Shown in pieces: positions 8,139 through 15,966 of a DNA stretch of 15,966 nt (its first letter is position 1; each line of letters opens with the position of its first letter). The DNA lies in contig JBHGNT010000770.1 of assembly GCA_043228905.1 (NCBI GenBank), positions 1 through 15,966 on the forward strand, in the 5' to 3' direction. A program made the position numbers and the translations under genes. Under the pieces are notes generated by a model, which was not told where the DNA came from, made no database searches, and was given only the letters and a program-made list of their open reading frames with translations. Origin of the DNA: Azolla caroliniana (lineage: Eukaryota > Plantae > Polypodiophyta).

Positions 8139-9647
8139 GAATGCGAAAAAGAAAGAAGATGCAAAAGCGAGTCGAGCTTTACAAATGGAGGAAGGATACT
8201 CAAGCCGAAAAGGGGAGTCGAGCAAATGAGTCGAAGAAACAGTATGACCTGTGAAGGTTGTTGTCGAAGACCCCGCTCGGAACACAAGGACTATGCCTAC
8301 CTATAAGCTAAGGTCTGACATAGGGCAAACAATAGATCTGAAGAAGATTCTCGAGGAACGTTGTCGTGAAGAAAACCGGCCATAGGCGGAATCGGAGAGA
8401 AAACGCGTAAACCGGCCCCTACACGGATGGACGTGTGACTGGATACTTTGTACACGAACCGGTGGATGTGACTACTAAACCACACGCACTTATTAGAGGG
8501 GGATTGTGTGTATCCCAGAGGGGGACATGGAATAAAGGGAAGAGGAGAAGAGAAAACGATATATCGCGCGCGAGGAGGAAGAAGGAGGTTGCTGCAAAAC
8601 GGAAGGCGGAGTTCTCTCTCTTCGACTTGAATCGTCGCTCTCTGCGGGTGTCGGGAGGTCGCTGCCTCTGCTTCGTGGACAGGCCGTGTGCTCCCAACAG
8701 AGTCGCTCCCCTTCCCCCTTTTGTTTCTTTGAGTCGGTGACTGTCGTCGGTGTGCGTGAGTAGGGTCCCCGTGTCGGGCCCGTCGTTGCTTTGTCGGTTG
8801 TAACTGTCGGAGTTTGTAATCTCTGTCATTATAATTAAGTGTTACGTTCTATATCTCCCTTTCTCGCTTCTACGTGTCGGTGAATCTTTCTCTCTCTCTG
8901 TCTCTATCTCTCGCTCCTCGGTCCAAGACCCCCGTGGTCCCGCCCCTTTCTACACGTACGCGCGTAACAACGCGACAACATGTTCTCGACAGCCACGTGA
9001 CCTTGTCCTTGAGGGAATTGCTCGACATTACGAAGAAGGAGTTCCATGATACGATCGTGGACCTTGTAAAGAGAAAAAGACAACAATCAGACGAGGAAAA
9101 AGAGAAGCCACTAAAAGCAAAAACAAATGCCATAACGATGGCAAGGGACAAAGTTGATGAAGATATGGTGGACAACCACTATACTCGACTTCATTGGGCA
9201 CGAGCGACAATGGAGATGCCGGTGAAGATCAGGGAGAAGAAAGAGACCGTGGTAGCCTTGATCGACCATGGCTCAGAGATCAACCTCATGTCAACCGAGT
9301 TCTACAAAAATGGAAGATGGCCAATCAATACAAACCACGGATGGAAGATTCGAGCGGCAACAAAGGTCACGGAGGACTTGTACGGAGCTTGTCCCAATGT
9401 TAAAGTCAGGATTGGGGATGTGGAGATGGATCAACACTTCTTTGTGCAAGAATCGGCTTCGCATCCTGTCATCCTAGGACAACCGTATATTATATCATCC
9501 CGGATGGAGACCAAGGTGTTCGATAATGGAGCAGCCTTCGCATGGATCAAGAGTCTTGACAACCAAAGATCTGTTCAATTCCTAACGATGCGAGCTAATC
9601 ATGAAAGAAATCGAGATAACCTTGGAGGCGACTCCTCGGATTTTTAG
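8139..9647 (+). pseudogene. C-terminal gag plus aspartic protease ORF of element D, split by solo LTR B
   Basis: Removing 8362-8981 restores YKLRSDIGQTIDLKKILEER/VLDSHVTLSLRELL. Retropepsin motifs: VALIDHGSEINLMS (D at 9264) and VILGQPY. The ORF ends GAT TTT TAG at 9647. Confidence 0.88.
8362..8977 (+). mobile_element. Solo LTR (element B, 616 bp) with 4-bp TSD
   Basis: Ends TGTCGTG...CGCGACA (6/7 inverted match), flanked by ACGT (8358-8361) and ACAT (8978-8981). Excision restores the gag frame. The first 11 nt are identical to the D 5' LTR start, and the last ~120 nt are homologous to C. Confidence 0.88.
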
Positions 9648-9682
9648 AGCGGACTATTGAAGCATGGAGCACAAATAGTCCG
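9638..9682 (+). promoter_or_regulatory. Putative -1 programmed ribosomal frameshift signal
   Basis: Heptamer G_GAT_TTT (9638-9644) in the gag-PR frame just before its stop; 5-nt spacer; perfect stem CGGACTATT (9650-9658)/AATAGTCCG (9674-9682). The -1 frame is the frame of the downstream pol ORF at 9860. Confidence 0.75.
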
Positions 9683-12600
9683 AGCAATCACAAGTCCCCA
9701 CAAGAAAGTAGAGCGTGTGGATTGCAAGGAGAAGCAACATGTGTCAAACCTAGTTGCACATGTAAACTAGTACTACCTAACAGAAAGGACAAGCGTCGGA
9801 TACAACACTTCGAGAAGATGCTGATTTAAGAAGAAAACATAATAAAAGAAGAAGAATTCGTGACTCATATTATGGAAGAAGCCTCATTTAATGACACCAT
9901 CGGCGAAATAGAGGAAGTCGTGGACTTGAGCTATCTTCACGATCAACATGTGATTTCGGTTAACTCTGTCAACATGTACACTATCATCGATGAATACCAT
10001 CGAAGCATCTTGATGGAGGAACCTGAAGTCAACACAAAATATAAAACGGTGGATAGAAAGATCAAGCCAGTTGCGGTTCCGCTACCAAAAGATAGCTGGC
10101 AAAAGATGAAGGAAGTCGCTAATGATCCAATCTTAAGGGATCCAAAGGCAATAGGTCATGTCTTCACCGAAGAGATGAAAAGAAAACTACGAGTTGGAAA
10201 GGAGGATTTCCTCCTCCCTGTAGAGGAGCAAATGTTTCACGACATGGGAAGGCTTTCACATTTTTCCCACAAGAAATCGGATGTGTTGATCCAAGGACGA
10301 TAGAACCGATGGTGATCTTCACGGTGCCGCACGTGCCTTGGAATTTGAAACCGATACCGGTTCCGAGAGCACACCTACCGAAGCTAATCAAGCTCTTAAA
10401 GAAGAAGGTGGATATGGGAATTTTGGAACCGTCAAATGCTCCCTATTCTAATAGGTGGTTCACGGTGCCGAAGAAGAATGGATCATTGCGATTCATCCAA
10501 GATCTTCAACCCGTCAACAAGGTGACAATTCGGAATGCTGGAATCAGTCCGAGTGTGGATGAATTTGCCAAAGTGTTTGCGGGCTGGTCTATCTACTCCG
10601 TTGGTGATGTCTACTTTGGATATGATGAATTCTAGTTGGCAGACGATAGTTGTGACGTTACAACTATGAGGACTTTGATCGGGCTTGTGCGGATGTGTAC
10701 CTTACCTCAAGGTGCAACGAACTCAGTGGCTCATATAGTGAATGCCATGAACAAGGTCTTGAAGGATTGCATCTCGGGCATCACGATGCCATTCTTGGAT
10801 GATATCCGATAAAAGGATGTTCGGATGAGGAGAAGGATGAATCGAAAGATAAGGAAAGGTGTAGAAAGTTCATTGTGGATCATATGAAAGATTGCGGAAA
10901 GGAGCTCCAAAGGCTCGAAGATGCGAATTTGACATTTTCGGGAGAAAAATCCGCATTCGGGCAACCAGAGATCTTGGTGGTAGGTCACTTATGTGGAGCA
11001 TATGGTCGGAAGCCTTCACCATCCAAGGTGAATGCGATCCAGGACATGAAAGAAGAATGCACAAACAAAACGGAGGTTCAAAGGTTCCTTGGAGCATGCA
11101 CGTTTTATCATATCTGGATTCCGCACTACGCTCATGTCGCCGAGCCATTATATGGATTGCTAAAGAAAAGAATGAAATTCGAATGGCGAGACGAGCATAC
11201 AAACGCGATGCGAAGATTGAAGAAACTACTTCTTGAAGCTCCAACACTAAGGAAGGTCAACTATACCGAAGGAAAGCCAATTCATGTGAATGTAGATATG
11301 AGCCCAACCGGAATCGGGTGGGTCATCAACCAAGAAGGAGAAGATAATGCGCGGTATGCCATCCGGTTCGGAGCAAAGGTTCTCAACGAACAACAACAAA
11401 GATACGCCCACGTCAAGCGAGAACTTTGGGGTATTGTGTCGGCAGTGAAGATGGACAAAGACTACCTGATCGGGTCGGAAGTGATAATTGAGACAGATTG
11501 TCTCCCAATCCTCGGGATGATCTCAGGATGTGCGACACCAGATCTAGCTATGCTAAGGTGGATCGCCTATAGCAAGTCTTTAAACCCAAAGATCTGCCAC
11601 ATTACAAGGAAGAAGAACACCATGGCTAACATGCTGTTGAGGGCAAGATTTGAGAATGAAAGTGACATGGTTTCGGAAGATGAAGACGTCACCCTCGACT
11701 TCTTCAAGATGGCTCGACTATCGGCGGAAGACAAGGACACAGTAACCCTCCATGCCTTCAACGAGGATGAGTACAAAGGAGAGTGGTTATTGATCGGCAT
11801 ATTCTTAAGAACAATGACGGCGGATGCTTCGTTGACGAAAGAGGAGGCTCTACGAATCCGGAAGAAAGCTTACCAATACTTCCTGAAGGGAGGATACCTC
11901 TGGCAACACCCAAAAAGAAGGACAGGAATGCCACATCGAGTGGTGGTGAAGAAAGAAGAGAAAGTGACACTGATGACCGAATTCCAAGAGAGTCCTTGGG
12001 CGGGTCATAGAGGAACATGGGCGACGTTCGAAAAGTTGAAGGAAAAGTACTGGTGGCCAAGCATGTACAAAGATGTACTCCATTTCGTGTCCACATGTGA
12101 AACTTGCCAAGTACATTCGAACATACGTCATCGTGATGAGTTACGGCCGACATACATGCACTTCAAATGGATGGTGGATCTGGTCTCGATGCCAATGGGA
12201 GTGGGACAAATGAAGTACTTAGTACTGGCAAGAAAAGACTTGACAAATCAAGTGGAAGGATGGGCCTTGGCAAATAAGACAACGTCAGCTGTTTGCAAAC
12301 TTCTACTTGAAAAGGTTGTTTGTCGATACAGATGTGTGGGAAAGATAGTGGCCGATTGAGGGGAGTTGGATGCACGCAAAGCAACGGAGCTCTTCAATCG
12401 ACTAGGCGTGAAACTCTCCCTCACGACTGCCTACAATCCAGAAGCGAATGGGAAGATCGAGCGAGGGCATGGACCAATCATCAAAGCCATCGTACAGGCA
12501 TGCAACAGTTGAGTTGGGAACTGGCCACGACTATTGCCCTATGCCTTGTGGGCCGATAGAACTACACACGGTTTAGTGACAGGGTATATACCAACAGAGC

Positions 12601-13130
12601 TTATGTATGGACAAAAGCCGGTAATGCCCATCGAAAGGACGATCGCCTCATGGGTAGCGATACCATGGGAGAATGAGATGAGTCGAGAAGAATTATTAGT
12701 GGCACAGATAAGGAGGCTTGAAAGAAGACCTGAAGATCTAGAAAAAGTGCGAAAGACGATGGAGGCAGCCCAAGTGAAGAACAAAATTCGGTTCGACAAG
12801 ACACATCGACTGCATCCCAAGAAGATTGAAGAAGGAGATTGTGTATAGGTCTACGATAACATCCTTGACAATCAACACAAGACAACAAGAAAGTTCGCAA
12901 GAAGATGGTTCAGAACGTATGTGGTGACAAGTGCCAACAACAATGCCACATACCACCTTGCGGAGCTAGACGGATCAAGGTTGGCCATACCCATTGTGGG
13001 AAAAAGAGTAAAGATTTTCAAGAAAAGACAAGACGAGGATCCTGACCTTGATCACCTCGACGATGAAGATAGTAGGATTGAACTAACCGACTTGAGTTAT
13101 GTAAACGAGGACATGGAGGAATCTTATTGA
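9638..13130 (+). pseudogene. pol: Disabled gypsy pol: RT, RNase H, integrase (element D)
   Basis: RT: PYSNRWFTVPKKNGSLRFIQDLQPVN, LPQGATNS, PFLDD (10792-10803). RNase H: VDMSPTGIG, KRELWG, IETDC. Integrase: GHRG..CETC, WMVDL, IVAD, NGKIERGH and a degenerate GPY-like motif (RWFRTYVV). Stops at 9827, 10633, 12357, ~12510 and 12846; frameshifts at ~10240 and ~10807. Confidence 0.96.
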
Positions 13131-13190
13131 TCACCGTAGCTGAAATCTCACAATCTCTCTTCTTGGCACGTATCGAAGGATGTGCGGTTT

Positions 13191-13202
13191 GGTGGGGGTG
13201 GA
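13191..13202 (+). promoter_or_regulatory. Polypurine tract of element D
   Basis: GGTGGGGGTGGA immediately precedes the 3' LTR TG at 13203. Confidence 0.8.
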
Positions 13203-14070
13203 TGTTGTGAAGATTTTCGGCAACGGTGTAAAAAATGCATGGAATGGACCAAATCGAGTATGGTTCTTCACACACAATATGAAACAATAATAGTGAATAT
13301 ATTATTTTATATTAGTTTAATAACTTGATACGAAAAGATGGATGTCTTCAAGAGCTTCCGAATACATTTTACTACATGTGAAACGGACAATTTAGTGTCA
13401 AGTTATGTGAGTTTGAAGTTTGAGAAGAAGAAGAGGAAAACAAAACTGTGAGATATCCCACATAGATAGGACCATCATGATTCAAGGGTATATAAGTAGA
13501 GCCATATCTCGCTATATTTTATCTATGTGTTGGGAGCATAGAAAGGTTGGGTTGTATAACTTGGACGAATGGATGCAACCAAGTTGTTCAAAATGGTTTT
13601 GGAGAACCGGAACAGACGAACGACGATGGAACCGAAACCGGAACGGAATGCGAATCGAACCGGGACCGGACAGACGGATTGGTCGGGTCGGTTGAATATG
13701 TTGATCGCGACGCACGGTGTCTTGAATATTTTTTTGGTGTGAAACGAAGAAAATTGTCTAACGATTCTATCGGTTCATTGGAGGTTAACTAAAGATGTAA
13801 TATGTAGTTAAACATTTGTAAAAACAAGACTAAAGCCTTGTAAAAGTTTGTGTTTATAGGGGTGTAACTAAGAATTTGAACCTTGCACCTCCTACATAAG
13901 AGCCACATGACTTACCACTAAGCTAAGTCATGACTTTAGAGGTATGTTTTTATCATTGTACTTTTCATATTTAAAATCTCATACAAGAGAGCTTGAATGA
14001 GTGACATGGTTATCATTAGGTAAGTAATTAAGCAAGGGTTAATTAGTATCTAATTATGTGATTAAGCAAG
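13203..14070 (+). repeat. 3' LTR of element D (right end lost)
   Basis: 13203-13832 is homologous to the 5' LTR. The AT-rich continuation to ~14070 is assumed to be LTR and abuts copia F gag with no CGACA end or TSD. Confidence 0.8.
13861..13932 (-). other. tRNA-like (SINE-head-like) sequence with RNA polymerase III A and B boxes
   Basis: Minus strand: A box TAGCTTAGTGG (13925-13915) and B box GGTTCAAATTC (13882-13872), 32 nt apart. D-arm and T-arm pairing are partly kept; acceptor and anticodon stems are degenerate. Confidence 0.6.
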
Positions 14071-14784
14071 GATTCCTCGATAGCTTACGTGAAGGTTTGA
14101 GTTCCCTTCGTGTGATGGGCCGAATTGCCCTCTTCTACCGCCGTGACCTCGTCCTCAGCCAATGTCCGAACTTGAGAAGAACATTTGTCCTTCCGACATC
14201 TTCATCTTGGTTCGGACATGGTTCTCTTCAACCAATAACATTGATTGGAGGTCGAAGAACGAAGGAGAATTTTCCCTTGCCAATATTGTTGTCCTTAACG
14301 AGTTGAATCGTTGTGCGAGGCCGCCCAAGCATACTTGAACCATCTCGTTTTCGTCGATGTTTATTTTGATGGAGCCAAGCGAGTCGCAAATGCTCTTGAT
14401 CTTGGCAGTGTAGTCCGACACAAACATGTCTTTTTGTCGAATGTTATTCAACTCTTGTCGGAGTTGATGCTTGCGGACGGTCGTGTTGGCAGCGGAAATT
14501 TTCTTTAAGTTCTCCCACGCCTCTTTGAGCGTCTTGACGTCTCGAATGTGGCTAAGCATGTGGTTCTGGACACATGTTACCAAGAAATACATGACTCGAC
14601 TCGCCACTTGCTCCCATGTTGCGTAGTCGGCGTTCTTTGAGTCGGGTTGATTTTATTGTGCATCGTTGATGTAGCTCCAATACCCTTGGCCGACAAGGTA
14701 TTGGGTCATCTTGTACTCCCAAGATGAATAATTGCTCCAGTCTAGCTTTTCACTAGGGAGCGAGCTACCCATTTGTGTGTTCAT
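14070..14784 (-). pseudogene. gag: Disabled copia gag (UBN2-type) of element F
   Basis: MNTQMGSSLPSEKLDWSNYSSWEYKMTQYLVGQGYWSYI..., EAWENLKKI, LRQELNNIRQKDMFVSDY. Stops at 14655-14653 and 14157-14155; runs into a GRGHGGRRGQF tract and is then truncated. Clearly homologous to the gag of E. Confidence 0.93.
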
Positions 14785-14833
14785 GTTGATTGTAGTGTCT
14801 TCTCTTCTTTTGCTTTTCTTCCTTCAATCACGT

Positions 14834-14954
14834 TGTCGTGTTACTACGCACGTGCGTGGAGAAACGAGGCGAGACCACCGGGGTCTTGAACCGAAGAGCA
14901 AGTGATAGAAGGGGAAAGAGAAGGAGAGAGACGCTCGGTCACGTATGAGCAAAG
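14834..14954 (-). mobile_element. U5 end of a B-family LTR (element C), inserted in the leader of copia F and interrupted by copia E
   Basis: Reverse complement ...CTTCGGTTCAAGACCCCGGTGGTCTCGCCTCGTTTCTCCACGCACGTGCGTAGTAACACGACA aligns with the end of B (...CCTCGGTCCAAGACCCCCGTGGTCCCGCCCCTTTCTACACGTACGCGCGTAACAACGCGACA). Flanked by ACGT (14830-14833). Confidence 0.88.
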
Positions 14955-15375
14955 TGTTGAGCGGCAAGCTCAACCGGAGCCGGATCGGCTGAATAAGCCG
15001 GAGCCGGTAAGCGAGACGGATCGGGCGAAACGGATCGGTATTACGGTGAGCAACCGAACCGGCAAGCAGTGGAGGCTGACTGCAATCCGTAACCGGAAGT
15101 CCAATCGGAAGCCTAGTATAGGATAGACTACTAGGTAGCTATAGTCTCGTAGTAAGTGTCAGATGCTCGTGTGAGCATTGAAGTACATGGTACTTCTGTC
15201 AGTCCCAAGAGGACTTGTATAAATAGTGCTACTTAGCACAGTGTGTGTACAGAGTCTTGATATAATTTTGAAATTGTGTTCTGCTCTCTCGCTCTCTCTC
15301 TCTCTCTCTCTTTCTCTCTTTCTCTCTGTGTGTGTTGTTCTCTGTTTTACGCTTCCGCAAACACTTACGTTTACA
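14955..15375 (+). repeat. 5' LTR of copia E (421 bp)
   Basis: TGTTGAG...TTTACA, TATAAATA at 15218-15225, CT-rich tract ~15283-15327, directly followed by the PBS. Confidence 0.9.
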
Positions 15376-15387
15376 TGGTATCAGAGC
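15376..15387 (+). promoter_or_regulatory. Primer-binding site for initiator tRNA-Met
   Basis: TGGTATCAGAGC directly after the LTR-terminal CA. Confidence 0.96.
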
Positions 15388-15469
15388 GCGAGGGTTGAGA
15401 ACCTCTGCCACACACATTTACTCTTGAGAAGAAAACCCTAACAGGTCGAAAACAGACACAGTAGAAGAC

Positions 15470-15966
15470 ATGGATAGAGGCATGTCTATGTCGCTCCCGG
15501 TGGAGAAGCTTGACTGGAGCAACTACGCATCCTGGTCTTACAAGATGCACCAGTACCTGCTTGGACACGGGTACTGGAGTTATGTCGAAGGAGCGAATGA
15601 TGCGGCGCCCGACTCGACACACAAGGACTTCCCGATATGGGAACAAGCGGCAAGCAGGGTGATGTACTGCTTCGCGTCTAGTGTCGGCGATCAGCTGCTC
15701 AGCCACGTCCGTGACGCCAAGACACCGAAGGATGCTTGGGGGAACCTGAAAAAGGTTTTCGCTGCAAGCACCACTGCCCGGAAGCTGCAACTCAGACAGG
15801 AGTTGAGCAATGTTTGACAGAAGAACATGTCTGTGGCAGACTACACGGGCCGGATAAAGGAGATCTGCGACTCGCTCGCCTCTATCAATGTTACCGTAGA
15901 GGAAGACGAGATGGTGCAGGTATGTCTCGGAGGCCTGGCGTCCAAGTTCGGAGCGTTCCAGACTGC
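15470..15966 (+). pseudogene. gag: Copia gag N-terminus (element E) with one premature stop
   Basis: EKLDWSNYASWSYKMHQYLLGHGYWSYVEG...LRQELSNV*QKNMSVADYTGRIKEICDSL. The TGA at 15815-15817 aligns with Arg (CGA) in the F gag. Confidence 0.93.

Larger units (their letters stand above)
7457..14070 (+). mobile_element. Ty3/gypsy LTR retrotransposon without chromodomain (element D), inserted in the integrase region of copia F
   Basis: Two homologous direct repeats starting TGTCGTGAAGATTTTCG (7457) and TGTTGTGAAGATTTTCG (13203); domain order PR-RT-RH-IN; G-rich PPT before the second LTR. The right boundary is approximate (deletion junction). Confidence 0.95.
4740..14833 (-). mobile_element. Ty1/copia LTR retrotransposon (element F), interrupted by element D and partly deleted
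   Basis: Minus-strand order is gag (14784-~14070), integrase, RT, RNase H (7456-4875), PPT and LTR start, i.e. copia domain order. The 5' LTR/PBS is displaced out of the window by C/E. The left boundary is approximate. Confidence 0.92.
14955..15966 (+). mobile_element. 5' end of a Ty1/copia LTR retrotransposon (element E)
   Basis: LTR, iMet PBS and copia gag in canonical order; continues beyond the window. Candidate left TSD is CAAAG (14950-14954). Confidence 0.95.

Noticed and set aside
12921-13130. Chromodomain at the integrase C-terminus
   Set aside because: No aromatic-cage or YLVKW-type motif; the region is a GPY-like module followed by an acidic tail.
13861-13932. Functional tRNA gene
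   Set aside because: The acceptor and anticodon stems do not pair properly; kept only as a tRNA-like module.
15815-15817. Programmed stop-codon readthrough in gag of E
   Set aside because: The stop lies mid-gag and aligns with CGA in the homologous F gag, so it is a simple CpG transition.

Overview
Eukaryotic, TE-dense and heterochromatin-like DNA, most likely from a non-seed land plant such as a fern (inference from the element types and a plant-type mitochondrial uL13). No intact host gene is present. The window is a nest of at least seven degenerate LTR-retrotransposon insertions plus one host pseudogene. (G) A plus-strand LTR end (1-735) with a 54-bp tandem array interrupts (A), a minus-strand Ty3/gypsy gag with three CCHC knuckles, a tRNA-Arg-like PBS and an apparently ~75-bp 5' LTR. 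An intronless, disabled copy of mitochondrial ribosomal protein uL13 lies at 3526-4100. (F) A minus-strand Ty1/copia (~4740-14833) is split by (D), a plus-strand non-chromodomain Ty3/gypsy (7457-~14070), which itself carries a solo LTR (B, 8362-8977). A B-family LTR end (C, 14834-14954, minus) sits in the leader of F and is interrupted by a second copia (E, 14955-end). The most notable signals are: a complete -1 ribosomal frameshift cassette (G_GAU_UUU + 5 nt + perfect 9-bp stem) placed after the protease in D; three related TGTCGTG-ended insertions that all abut ACGT/ACAT with a 4-bp TSD; a tRNA-like A/B-box module in the 3' LTR region of D; and an 11-bp stem enclosing the copia PPT/LTR junction.
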